A stretch of DNA of 64,000 nt from Macrostomum lignano (taxonomy: Eukaryota). The notes under the pieces are model-generated. The model was not told where the DNA came from, searched no databases, and was given only the letters and a program-made list of their open reading frames with translations. Positions 22,963 to 36,416 of the stretch are shown in pieces. The DNA is taken from positions 819,258 to 883,257 of the forward strand of contig NIVC01000052.1 in the NCBI GenBank assembly GCA_002269645.1, read 5' to 3'. The translations under genes and the position numbers were made by a program. How positions within the stretch are numbered: position 1 is the stretch's first letter; each line of letters begins with the position of its first letter.

Positions 22963-23724
22963 CCTTGGAGCTGCTGGATGTCGGACCGCCAAAATCGTCG
23001 TTCTCTCCGCAGTCCAGCGGCACCACCGGCTCCGTTTCCATCTCCTCTTTGAAGAAGTTCTCAAACTGCTTCAGACTGATTAATCGGCTTTTAGTGTCCA
23101 TCAAGTGGCTCACGCAGCAGTTCTGAACCTCAATAGCCGGATGGATGCCCCAGAGGGCGAGCTCCCGCTCCAGCAGCGGGCCGCACAGGTGGTGGGGCAC
23201 GTGCAGCTCGCCGTAGCGGCAGTACCACAGCACGATGTTGAACACGGTGGGGTCGCGGTCGAAGAAGTATTCCTCCTGGCCCGCCCGGTACACGCCGTCG
23301 TGCAGCAGCTTTTCGTAGATGAAGTGCTGCCGCATCAGGGTCGATTTGAGCACCTCGAAGCGTCTGCCGCCGACGTTGACGCGAATGAGGCTCAGGACGT
23401 CAGCGTCCTCGATGTCGGCCATGAGCTCGTCGAGCGAGCCATCGTCAATGAAGTGCATGTTGGCCGTGGCTTCGCAGATGTCTTCCAGATGGTGCGGCTG
23501 CAGCTTCGGCTGCTGCTGGGGCAGCGGCGGAGGCGGCGGCGAGGGCGAAGGCGACGGCGAAGGCCGCTGAGTTTGCGACGGCGGTGGCGGCGGAGCCGGG
23601 GGAGGCGGCGGCGGCAGGAGCGGCGGCTGGGTGTTGGAGTCGCTCAGGCCCTGCTGCTTCTGCCGTGGCATCCCTTCGGAGGCTGGAGGGGCACCGACCG
23701 GAGAAGTCGACCTCCTTTCGATGG
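22963..23724 (-). CDS. Shaw/Kv3-like K+ channel exon (T1 tetramerisation domain)
   Basis: IRVNVGGRRF, EYFFDRDPTVF, LHVPHHLCGPLLERELALWGI and CC are Shaw-type T1 motifs. Acceptor cattag|CC in phase 1 and donor AAGG|gtgag. Confidence 0.92.
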
Positions 23725-24084
23725 CTAATGGTCAGCAAAGGAAAAAGTTTGCGGTCTCTTTTCAGGTGCAAAAGAGGGGGGTCAATTTAAGAAAGAAAAA
23801 CCGTTTGAAGCCGGTAAGTGCTATCGAGCCCTTCAGAAGCGGTAGGGATAGGGGGAGAAAGTCGGCCAGTCAGTCAGTGCAGTGGATGTGGAATAAACTG
23901 CAGCCGCTCCTAAATGAATGAATGCAAATGGCGGCTCTTGCCAGCCAGATACAGAGGTTCCGGGGTTCGCATTTGCAGAGGGGATTCTCCGACTTCCCCA
24001 TGATGCGGGGGTTGGTTGGATGCTTCTGGCTCTGCGCGCTTCCCAAAGTAAATTAGGGGCATCCGCTAAATCTCAGGCAGCAAG

Positions 24085-24395
24085 AGTCCCGAATCCTGAG
24101 TCCTGATTCTCGAGGTCTGGATCCCAAGTCCCGAGTCCTAAATCCTAATTTTTTTGAGTCCCGAGTCCCGAGTCCCGAGTCCCGAGTCCCGAGTCCCGAG
24201 TCCCGAGTCCCGAGTCCCGAGTCCCGAGTCCCGAGTCCTGAGTCCCGAGTCCCGAGTCCCGAGTTCCGAGTCCCGAGTCCCGAATCCCGAGTCCCGAGTC
24301 CCGAGTCTCGAGTCCCGAGTCCCGAGTCCATAGTCCCGAGTTCTAAATCTTAATTCCCGATTCCCGAGTCCCGAGTCCCGAGTCCCAGATCCCGA
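24085..24395. repeat. 7-bp repeat (GAGTCCC)n
   Basis: Read directly. Confidence 0.92.
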
Positions 24396-24897
24396 GCCCA
24401 TGCACACGCGAAGAAGGATTAGCCGCTGCAACAAGACATATCCAATGAGAGCCCCGGCCCAGAGCGGTGCGCGACTCTGCAGCTTCAATCTGTTGGCTAA
24501 TCTCTTATCAGTGAAATTGATAAACTGTTGCAAAGCCACGGACGGGGAGATTGGGGATCGCAGAACTGCGGGCTGCAGCGCCTGGAGCTGAAGGTGCCTC
24601 GGCAGACCTTATTAAATAATGAATGTCCGCAGCTCCCAGCCCTTCAACCGCGGAAATCAGTGCGCTGCCGAGCCCCGTTGACAAGAGCGGCCGTTCCTCG
24701 TCAGTCAATTCAGAGGGGGCTTTGTTTTCCCGACACGGAGTTTTCCCCCTCGCCTCTCTCCATCATCCCCTTCCACCCCCTGCCAGGAGCCCGCGCGGAA
24801 CCGGAAGCGTCTGATGTTGAAAAATGAAGGCTCGCCCCTTCTGCGCAGCGCGTCGCTATGAGCCTCTGGCCTTCGATGTTCTTTACCGCTCTCTCTA

Positions 24898-25989
<1,092 letters not shown>

Positions 25990-26279
25990 TTATAGGGGAT
26001 ATTTTTAGCTAGGAGGATCTCTTGTTAAGCACTAGCAGAGCAGCTAGGCATGCCAAATGCTCTTTGTCAATTAGCATTATTCCTTTTTGTGCAAGACATT
26101 GAAGACGGTGCAAAGACACTTTGGGGGCCATACTAAAATCCCAGTGTAGCGAGTGAATGTCTTTGCATAGCAGCCTTGAACCTGGCAGGCACCACTTTGT
26201 CTTTGGCGCAGTTTTATCTCTGCATGCGCTATGCATTTTTTCTCGAAGAATAGTTTCATTCCACTCGCTCCACTCTTCT

Positions 26280-26810
26280 CTACTCTACTCCACTGTACTC
26301 GACTCTACTCTACTCTACTCTACTCTACTCTACTCTACTCTACTCTACTCTACTCTACTCTACTATACTCTATTCTACTCTACTCTACTCTACTCTACTC
26401 TACTCTACTCTACTCTACTCTAATCTAATCTACTCTACTCTATTCTACTCTACTCTACTCTACTCTACTCTACTCTACTCTACTCTACTCTACTCTACTC
26501 TACTCTAATCTAATCTACTCTACTCTTCTCTACTCTTTCTACTACTCTTTTCTACTCTACTCTACTCCACTCTACTCTACTCTACTCTACTCTACTACAC
26601 TCTACTCTACTCTACTCTACTCTACTCTACTCTACTCTACTCTACTCGACTCTACTCTACTCTACTCTACTCTACTCCACTCTACTCTACTCTACTCTAC
26701 TCTACTCTACTCTACTCTAATCTAATCTACTATACTCTACTCTACTCTACTCTACTCTATTCTACTCTACTCTATTCTACTCAACTCTACTCTACTCTAC
26801 TCCACTCTAT
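26280..26810. repeat. (CTACT)n pentanucleotide array
   Basis: Read directly. Confidence 0.95.
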
Positions 26811-26891
26811 TCTGCTACCATATGAATCTCAGATACTTTAAGAGGTAAGAACTCATAAAGGAAAATGGGAAAGAAGTTTCTCTACTCTCAC

Positions 26892-27132
26892 CGTTGGCGT
26901 TCTCGAATATCCTCACGGTCATTGCAACACTTGCCGTCTCCGGCCTCTTCACCGTGGACTCCGTGAGCTCCCGCTTGGCAGCTTGGGCCGAAGTCGGCGG
27001 CGGCGACACGTGGCGTCGCATTGTCGGCTCTGCCGGCGGCGGCGGCAGCGGCGGTGGCCCGGCCAGGAAGCTGCGCGACGGTGACTTCTGCTGGGCTGCC
27101 CGACCGCGCTGGTGCGACATGAAGTGCGCCAT
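26892..27132 (-). CDS. Putative first coding exon of the Kv channel (Pro-rich N-terminus)
   Basis: ATG at 27132 and donor AACG|gtgaga in phase 1, fitting the 23724 acceptor. The full model is 2310 nt = 769 aa plus stop. An acceptor at 27180 lies upstream. Confidence 0.55.
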
Positions 27133-27339
27133 GTCGGCTGGCGCCGCGGCGTCTGCGATGGGAAACGATTGTCTGTCACCTACTTGAAGTAGGCTGTTTT
27201 GACTGCGGCCAGTATTATAAGCTGCGCAGGTTTCTTGTAAACAAAACTGCTGTGGTTCGAAATAAATGTTTTATTACACATTCTATCGATATGCGCGTGG
27301 TATGCATCGGCGCGTTTGATGGTTTGACTCATTACATCA

Positions 27340-28250
27340 TAGGCATTTTGAATCATTGCATCATAGAAAGTTTGAGTCATTGCAACATTGACAGTTAAAG
27401 TCAATACACCATAGACATTTTGAGTCATTACACCATAGACATTTTGAGCCATTACACCATAGACATTTCGAGTCATTACACTATAGACATTTTGAGTCAT
27501 TACACCATAGACAATTTGAGTCATTACACCATAGACATTTTGAGTCATTACACCATAGACAATTTGAGTAATATATCCTAGACATTTTGAATGATGACAT
27601 AATAGAAAGTTTGATTCATCACAACATAGGCGGTTTGAGTCATTACACAATAGACGGTTTGAATCATTACATCATAATTTCAGTCATAGATCATAGACAG
27701 TTTGAGTCATTACATCATAATTTCAGTCATAGATCATAGACAGTTTGAGTCATTACATAATAATTTCAGTCATAAATCATAGACAGTTTGAGTCATTAGA
27801 TCATAGACAGTTTGAGTCATTATACCATAAGCAGTTTTAGTCATTAGATCATATGCAGTTTGAGTCATTACATCATAAGTTGAGTCATTTGATCATAGAC
27901 AGTTTGAGTCATTACACCATAGACAGTTTGAGTCATTAGATCATATACAGTTTGAGTCATTACATCATAAGTTCAGTTTGAGTCATTACATCATAAGTTC
28001 AGTTTGAGTCATTACAACATAGACAGTTTGAGTCATTACATCATAAGTTCAGTTTGAGTCATTACATCATAAGTTCAGTCATTAGATCATAGAAAGTTTG
28101 AGTCATTACATCATAAGTTCAGTCATTAGATCATAGAAAGTTTGAGTCATTACATCATAAGTTCAGTTTGAGTCATTACATCATAAGTTCAGTTTGAGTC
28201 ATTTACATCATAAGTTCAGTCATTAGATCATAGACAGTTTGAGTCATTGC
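27340..28250. repeat. ~24-bp degenerate minisatellite (TTTGAGTCATTACACCATAGACA core)
   Basis: Read directly. The unit drifts along the array. Confidence 0.9.
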
Positions 28251-28857
28251 ATGTTACCGTTAATGCAAAGTTACCGTGCTCAGAAGCAGGCTCACTGATG
28301 TCCTCTTCCATTTATCTACAAGTTCAGGCCATCTTACTGTTTACGCTCGAGTTTCTTATTGAGACCCTGAGATCAATCAATAAATTTCTCAACTTAAAAC
28401 TCGCTAATCCGTTTTCAACTTGACGTTCAAAAAAGTAATCGATAAAAGCTGCTGGATTAGCAAACGAAAAAAAGTTGAATTGCCTTTAAATTCTGTCTTC
28501 TGCAACTTTTTTTGGGCGTCGCGTCCCAGCGATCGCAGGAGGTCGCTGATCCATTCTTGATGGAGCTTGGGCGATTGGGCAAACACTGGCTAAGTCCATG
28601 ACATTGACAAACGAGCTAAGGCAAAAAATATTTTGCTCGGTTCGCGAGATGGAAGGTGCCGTTGCTAGAATGGAAGCACGCCTTTGGCGTTTAACGTGTC
28701 ATTTGCTGCACTGATTTTGTATGCTGAGGGGATTCAAGCGACACATTCTGGTACTGCTGCACTCGTTGGTACCTGCGCTGGGGACCGCGCACCGTTTGCG
28801 CAACTCCTACGAGCGAAAGGAGTCCACCAACTGCACTTGGCGATGGAACCTTCGTGG

Positions 28858-29195
28858 GGTGTCAGGAGCTCTATACTGGAGTGTCAGGAGCTCTATACTG
28901 GAGTGTCAGAAGCCCTATACTGGAGTGTCAGGAGCTCTATACTGGAGTGTCAGGAGCTCTATACTGGAGTGTCAGGAGCTCTATACTGGAGTGTCAGGAG
29001 CTCTATACTGGAGTGTCAGGAGCTCTATACTGGAGTGTCAGGAGCTCTATACTGGAGTGTCAGGAGCTCTATACTGGAGTGTCAGAAGCTCTATACTGGA
29101 GTGTCAGAAGCCCTATACTGGATTGTCAGAAGCCCTATACTGGAGTGTCAGGAGCTCTATACTGGATTGTCAGAAGCCCTATACTGGAGTGTCAG
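28858..29195. repeat. 22-bp minisatellite (GTCAGGAGCTCTATACTGGAGT)n
   Basis: Read directly. Confidence 0.93.
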
Positions 29196-30206
29196 GATGT
29201 TAGTAGTCACTACTAACAGCAATGCAGAAACCAAACGCCTTACAAACACTTGCGCCCCCTTAAAATGTACGCTTTTAACTCATAATAAAGTAGATGCACA
29301 ATTGCACGAGAAGCAATGCCCTAGAAAATAGCTCCCAATATTCCCAAGAAAAATAACGGCTGTAGTAATAACAGTAATAAATCATTAACGGATCCAACCG
29401 ACCCACCTGCACTTACAATGCGAAGCTGTCAAATGCAGAGAATAGCAGGCACCTGCTGCTCTAATATTATAGTAACTGGCCAATAGAGAGATTAGAAGAA
29501 ACTATCAATTGAGATAAATTATAACACAGCTTCTATTGCCTCCGGAATGCTCCCAAACACAGTTGTCAGCACCCGGGAATGAAGTGCGCTACCGGATGGG
29601 AGGCATGGGCTCCACGCGATGCAATTATTTTCGTCTTGAAAAAGTCTCTATTCTCTGCGCTCCCTCCTCTCTCAGTGCTGGGACCAATCAGTGCTGAGGG
29701 GATACGGAAGGCTGCTGGACCCACCGACTTGATGCTGATAATAAACTGACTGCCCCCCAACCCCGCTGGCCAACTGACTTCCTTCACGGAGGGCGAAGGT
29801 GAAATCTGTTGCTAAGCTATACTAGTAAGCTGGTGCTTGGACAAGAAAAACTTTCACACAGGCTGGAATGCAGCTGCAGTATAGCGAGGGAGGAGATTGC
29901 CGAGAAATGGAAAGAGAGAAAATGATTCAGGAAAAGCAAGGCCGCTATCTAGACTTGGGAAAGTGTATCGGTGCGCGCATGCAGCAGTATAATGAGCCCG
30001 AGGCGCAGCGGGGAGCCTGGTTATTGCGCACGTCATCGTATGCGGTGAAAAAAGCACTGCTTTACGACATTCACGTCGGTTTTATTGTAATTTTGTGACA
30101 ACTTGGCCCTCACTTGTCGGGCCAAGCTGTAACGGCGACATTCGACTCCTTCGCGCTGCATCATTAATTATGCATAGCTAGCTGCACTGGCTAGCTCCGC
30201 TGGGCG

Positions 30207-30830
30207 GTGGAACCAACTGGGGTAAGTGTGGAACCAACTGGGGTAAGTGTGGAACCAACTGGGGTAAGTGTGGAACCAACTAGGGTAAGTCTGGAATCAA
30301 CTGGGGTAAGTGTGGAACCAACTAGGGTAAGTCTGGAATCAACTGGGGTAAGTGTGGAACCAACTGGGGTAAGTCTGGAACCAACTGGGGTAAGTGTGGA
30401 ACCAACTGGGGTAAGTGTGTAACCAACTGGGGTAAGTGTGGAACCAACTGGGGTAAGTGTGGAACCAACTGGGGTAAGTGTGGAACCAACTAAGGGAAGT
30501 GTGGAACCAACTGGGGTAAGTGTGGAACCAACTGGGCTAAGTGTGGAACCAACTGGGGTAAGTGTGGAACCAACTGGGGTAAGTGTGGAACCAACTAGGG
30601 TAAGTCTGGAATCAACTGGGGTAAGTGTGGAACCAACTGGGGTAAGTGTGGAACCAACTGGGGTAAGTGTGGAACCAACTGGGGTAAGTGTGAAACCAAC
30701 TGGGGTAAGTGTGGAACCAACTGGGGTAAGTGTGGAACCAACTGGGGGAAGTGTGGAACCAACTGGGGTAAGTGTGGAACCAACTGGGGTAAGTGTGGAA
30801 CCAACTGGGGTAAGTGTGGAACCAACTGGG
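30207..30830. repeat. 21-bp minisatellite (GGAACCAACTGGGGTAAGTGT)n
   Basis: Read directly. Confidence 0.95.
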
Positions 30831-31451
30831 TAAAGGGTGAAAGCTGGAAGCTGGGGTAGCGGATGAGTTACCTTCAACAAAGATCAACTTCCGTGAGAAA
30901 TATTTCGCTCAGGCGAATATCAAAGCAATGCTATACTAATGATCCTTCACACGAGCTATTTAAGCTGAAGCCAGAGTTTTTGATCCCGTCCACGTTGGCT
31001 CGAATAATGCCATCGAAGATGAATAATAAATGTTCAGGTGACGCCACAGAATATATTCTGTGGGTGAGACTGTCTGATGAAGCCAGGACTGCGAACAGAG
31101 TTTTAGCAATCTATTTAATAGCTTCAGACTTCAGAACTGAATTAACTACTGCCTGGCAGACAGAACTAAGATTGGCAGGTTCAGAGCGATTAGTTATTAT
31201 ATCCATAACAGATTTTACAGTTATAATATTGGGCCGCCACCACGGCGATGTGCTGATTGAATTATTGATATTATAAGGCTGGGCGTATTCGCATTAACAA
31301 TGGGCTACAGTGTGCCCAGCTCTATTTTGCTTCAAATTAATTTTGTGAATCATGGAGAAGACCACCGAGAGTTTTTAATATCCAAACGATGAACAGCTTT
31401 GCTAATCGAAAAGTGCAGAAATTACCAGAGCTATGAAAGTATGTCAGTTAG

Positions 31452-33211
31452 TATAGCTTTTTGCAGCCCTCTTGGGCTTACGCGCATTGAATTTAATCCG
31501 AGATACGTTTGCCAATGCAATGGAGCTTTTGTCTATGGTAGCAAGGCTGGCACAGCGGCATTTAATTTGGTCCAACAAGCACCAATTGGTCCAACAAGCA
31601 TCAATTTGGTCCAACAAGCATCAATTTGGTCCAACAAGCATCAATTTGGTCCAACAAGCATCAATTTGGTCCAACAAGCATCAATTTGGTCCAACAAGCA
31701 TCAATTTGGTCCAACAAGCATCAATTTGGTCCAACAAGCATCAATTTGGTCCAACAAGCATCAATTTGGTCCAACAAGCATCAATTTGGTCCAACAAGCA
31801 TCAATTTGGTCCAACAAGCATCAATTTGGTCCAACAAGCATCAATTTGGTCCAACAAGCATCAAATTGGTCCAACAAGCATCAATTTGGTCCAACAAGCA
31901 TCAATTTGGTCCAACAAGCATCAATTTGGTCCAACAAGCATCAATTTGGTCCAACAAGCATCAATTTGGTCCAACAAGCATCAATTTGGTCCAACAAGCA
32001 TCAAATTGGTCCAACAAGCATCAATTTGATCCAACAAGCATCAAATTGGTCCAACAAGCATCAAATTGGTCCAACAAGCATCAATTTGGTCCAACAAGCA
32101 TCAATTTGGTCCAACAAGCATCAAATTGGTCCAACAAGCATCAATTTGGTCCAACAAGCATCAATTTGGTCCAACAAGCATCAATTTGGTCCAACAAGCA
32201 TCAATTTGGTCCAACAAGCATCAAATTGGTCCAACAAGCATCAATTTGGTCCAACAAGCATCAATTTGGTCCAACAAGCATCAATTTGGTCCAACAAGCA
32301 TCAATTTGGTCCAACAAGCATCAATTTGGTCCAACAAGCATCAAATTGGTCCAACAAGCATCAATTTGGTCCAACAAGCATCAATTTGGTCCAACAAGCA
32401 TCAATTTGGTCCAAACGTTCGTGAGCCAGTCAGCAAACTCGCAACCGTATGTAGGCTGTGGCGTAACGCTGAATCGATGGTAGCGTCTCTACCAACAATT
32501 TTCAGTTGCTTTTTTTCTGAGCTCTCGTGATAGACGAAATCTGATAACCAACTGGAGCTGTTCCTTCAACTTCTGCTGCATTTTCTGCAACGTTAGCAAA
32601 CGGTTCGTCTCAATTGCATCGAGTAGCAGTTGGACCTGAGTCTCTAGCAACTTTCCTTGGCAATTGCCACCCCTTTGCAGGCGATCTCTGCCGGCAGTGG
32701 TTTCCTTGTCCTTTGGATGTTCACGTGCTTTGATCACAAGCCAATGGCACTCTTTCGACAGCCTGGCATATAGTCCACAATGCTGGGGCTGATCTTGCTC
32801 CTCTGCAGCAGTTGCAAATGCAGCTATGGACCAAATTGATGCTTTTTGGATTAAATTAAATGCCGCTGTGTCAGCCTTTCTACTATAGACAAAAGCTCCA
32901 TTACATTGACAAACGTATTGTTGTGTTTCTTGATGGAACACAATGAACGAACACAATGTCCTTCTGGTTGTATTAGATATTATGTGCCTTGAGCAACTAG
33001 CTCCGGTCTTGGTCCGTTACCTCAATTTATTTTGCAGCTGTGCCGCCAAGCATAAAGAATTGAGATGCGAGACCTGAACCTCGCGACCTGACTCTATGGC
33101 ATACAAATGCTCAAAATAAATTTACTCTGCTTGGGCTTACTTGCCCACAGCACGTATCTTGGATTAAATTAAATGCGCGTCGTAAGCTCAAATGGACTGC
33201 AAAAAGCTATA
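31452..33211 (-). mobile_element. Decayed Tc1/IS630-like DNA transposon relic with split inverted repeats
   Basis: 31503-31580 is an imperfect inverse of 32840-32918, and 31452-31502 of 33158-33211. Between them a minus-strand frameshifted peptide GGNCQGKLLETQVQLLLDAIETNRLLTLQKMQQKL...ISSITRA...EFADWLTNV resembles Tc1/IS630 HTH regions. Confidence 0.55.
31562..32415. repeat. 20-bp minisatellite (TCAATTTGGTCCAACAAGCA)n
   Basis: About 42 near-perfect copies. Confidence 0.97.
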
Positions 33212-34679
33212 TTTTTTCGATTCACAAAACAAGGAGTTTTGGCCATAGACAATTTCTTAGATTCATCCTTTCTTTCTTTAGAGTGCTGGTGTGACACTGT
33301 CGGCTGATTTTCCATGCAGGAATGGCATTGACATATGGCCAAGCATTCTTAAATGGATTTACTGCACGGCTTGGGATTTACTGCACAGTCGCGTTATCTT
33401 TCTATGTCTATGGCTAAAACCAGAAGAATGCTTTGCTCATAAATCAATGGAGGAATCTAGCACGCTGACGAGTGCGTCAATGGCTGAAACACGAGTGCGC
33501 GTAGCGCACGAGGGTTTTTGCCATAGACGCACAAGTCAAAGTGCTTGATTCCCATTCTTATTTGATCCAACATGTGTGGCTAAAGTAGACAAGGGTGGAG
33601 CTGGGGGTGTGGAGGTAGACTTGAACCATAGACAAAATATGCGCGAGCTAGTCTGAACATTCTTGCACGATTGAAAGAAGATTATGCTTGTAGTCTATGG
33701 CTGTTATGCTAAATATAGAAACATTGCGCATTACATTCTTGCACGATTGACATTCCTGCACCGAGTGCACATGCAAATTCAAGGTGCTTTTACCATAGAC
33801 ACTTGCATTTCTGCACGCATATGGCGACTTCCAAAGCATTCTTGCACGCTGGATCAAATAAGAATGAATCTATCACTAGGTTTCGAGTGCGTAAATAGTC
33901 TTGGCACGAGTGCGCGTTAGCACGAGTGCGCGTTAGCGCACGAGTGCCATAGACTATTTACGCACTCGAAACCACAGATACTATAAACACTAGATAGGCC
34001 ACTCCAGCTAATTTTCACAACACGACAGTTTACTCTACTTTCTGCTTAGTAGTAGTAAAAACATTTTAGCGTTATTTATATTTTTTAAAAATAAAAAAAC
34101 AGATGAATGCAATGCAGCAATTGTATTGATTTTTTTGCAAAAAGAAACTTATAATTATACTTTCCACAATTCAAAGCAACATTGTGAATGCTTTAGATTG
34201 CATAGAAGGCTATATTATTGCAGTCAACTATTGTATATTTAGCAAATACGAGCTATATCATATACTCCATAATCCATATTCGTGTAGCAAAATAGAAAGA
34301 TTTCTCATCTTAATCAGCTCATCTGTTTGTGAAACTCGCAGCGTGCTGTTGAAGAACAGGGTCGCCAGTCGCCCTTGTTCAGAGGCAGCATTCAGAACGG
34401 CCCAACAGATGAAAAAAAACTGGCGAATGCGCCACTTCAAGGTCCAGGGATGTATCCGATGGAGAGCCAATCCTCAGTGGTTTCGTAACAGGCAGCCGAT
34501 AAGCAGCAGGACTTTTGTGGTGCAGCTGCAATGAGCTGCTGATGAGATGACATCCTTTGACCAGAGCACCCCTGACTGCGAGCGCCCTGCCGCCCAGTCG
34601 ACCGCTGGAAGCTGCGCTAGCCACGCCTCCACAGTCCATGGATGCACGACTGCGCTGCACTTGCCTTGACCATCGAATG

Positions 34680-35065
34680 TTGCCGCTGCAGCCGCTTGAT
34701 TTGCCTGTCGCTTTCGGGATTGCCGCTGCAGCCGCTTGATTTGCCTGTCGTTTTCGGGATTGCCGCTGCAGCCGCTTGATTTGCCTGTCGCTTTCGGGAT
34801 TGCCGCTGCAGCCGCTTGATTTGCCTGTCGTTTTCGGGATTGCCGCTGCAGCCGCTTGATTTGCCTGTCGCTTTCGGGATTGCCGCTGCAGCCGCTTGAT
34901 TTGCCTGTCGTTTTCGGGATTGCCGCTGCAGCCGCTTGATTTGCCTGTCGCTTTCGGGATTGCCGCTGCAGCCGCTTGATTTGCCTGTCGCTTTCGGGAT
35001 TGCCGCTGCAGCCGCTTGATTCGCCTGTCACTTTCGGCCTCGGGATCGTTGCTGCAGCCGCTTGA
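34680..35065. repeat. 40-bp minisatellite (GCCGCTGCAGCCGCTTGATTTGCCTGTCGCTTTCGGGATT)n
   Basis: About 9 copies. Confidence 0.93.
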
Positions 35066-35869
35066 TCGTTGCCTCTAGCGCTTGGAACCCGCGAATCGGC
35101 TGCAGAGGTGAGAGCTTTCAGCCGCAACAGCTGTTCTCGGCGCAGAATCTGGTAGCCGAAGGTTGCTCTGCCACAGCACTGGCAGCAGGCAAGTCGCAGG
35201 CTCGGCTGCAGATAGATTGCTAATTGGCCCCAGCACTGGAGGGTACATGTCGTCTGCCTCTTCATCGTTTATCAGTCCTTTGCACAGAGGGTAGCTGGTC
35301 TATTTGAACGAGCCGAGGCAGCATCAACTCTTGGTGTGGGATTGCGTCCCAGCGAAAACAGATGTCTTGCACATCCGTGGCACTTTGTAAGGCAGCAGTA
35401 GGCCTCGTCCATAAAGTGCAAGCTGAACACACGGAGGCCCCGTGATTTAATTGTTTATAAAGGTCAATATCCACGCTCCTGCAGTAGCTGCTGCCAGCGC
35501 TTCGCCAGTGTCATCTTTTGGTAATTTATGCATTCGCAACGGATTTTTCTTTCTCGGATGTTAATAGCACTAGTACAAAGCTCGTGCAAGTGGGAGCACA
35601 GCAGTGGTTCGAATCAAAACATTTCTCGAGTACAAGATTAGATAGAAAAGCTAGTATGCACTCGAACTTTCTTTAACTCTGACTCTTGTCCTGTTCATCT
35701 ATATAAGCTTGTATTTAAGCACGATTCGCCACCCCCAAATTTTCTAACCCACAACCTCTCAACCCCCACCCCTAACCCAGGCTAGCTATGTGCAGTCCTT
35801 TATTTTCTATCCCACCACCAGTGGGCCTAAATTATCGATCCACTCACCCTGCCTTATACGAAACTGATA

Positions 35870-36416
35870 TTAACCCTATTCCAGACTACCCCCCTTCCTC
35901 CACTTTGAAAGATAGCGGCATTGCACACTGTCTGTCGCGTCTTAATGTACACCATTACTGCACAAAACAAGTTAGTTGTTTATGGCGTTAGCAAAACGAT
36001 GTCTTAAAAACAGTCACTCGATTTGTCTAATTTAGCAAATAATACTGTTGCTTCCTTTCATTGCTACTAAGCAGAAAGTAGAATAAAAAACTTGCCCAGA
36101 AAATTAGCCTGAGTGGCCTATCTAGTGTTTATAGTATCTGTGATTAACCCTATTCCAGACTACCCCCCTTCCTCCACTTTGAAAGATAGCGGCATTGCAC
36201 ACTGTCTGTCGCGTCTTAATGTACACCATTACTGCACAAAACAAGTTAGTTGTTTATGGCGTTAGCAAAACGATGTCTTAAAAACAGTCACTCGATTTGT
36301 CTAATTTAGCAAATAATACTGTTGCTTCCTTTCATTGCTACTAAGCAGAAAGTAGAATAAAAAACTTGCCCAGAAAATTAGCCTGAGTGGCCTATCTAGT
36401 GTTTATAGTATCTGTG
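35870..36416. repeat. Tandem duplication with a 274-bp period
   Basis: TAACCCTATT at 35871/36145 and TCTAGTGTTT at 36121/36395. Confidence 0.95.

Noticed and set aside
24508-24725. Possible extra Kv exon (TDEERPLLSTGLG...)
   Set aside because: A phase-compatible acceptor exists, but there is no convincing donor before the stop and no homology.
30191-30880. Mucin- or antifreeze-like (TLTPVGS)n ORF
   Set aside because: 21-bp minisatellite with no signal peptide or splice context.
34474-35265. 263-aa minus ORF
   Set aside because: Largely the 40-bp repeat cycling through frames, with no domain recognised in the flanks.
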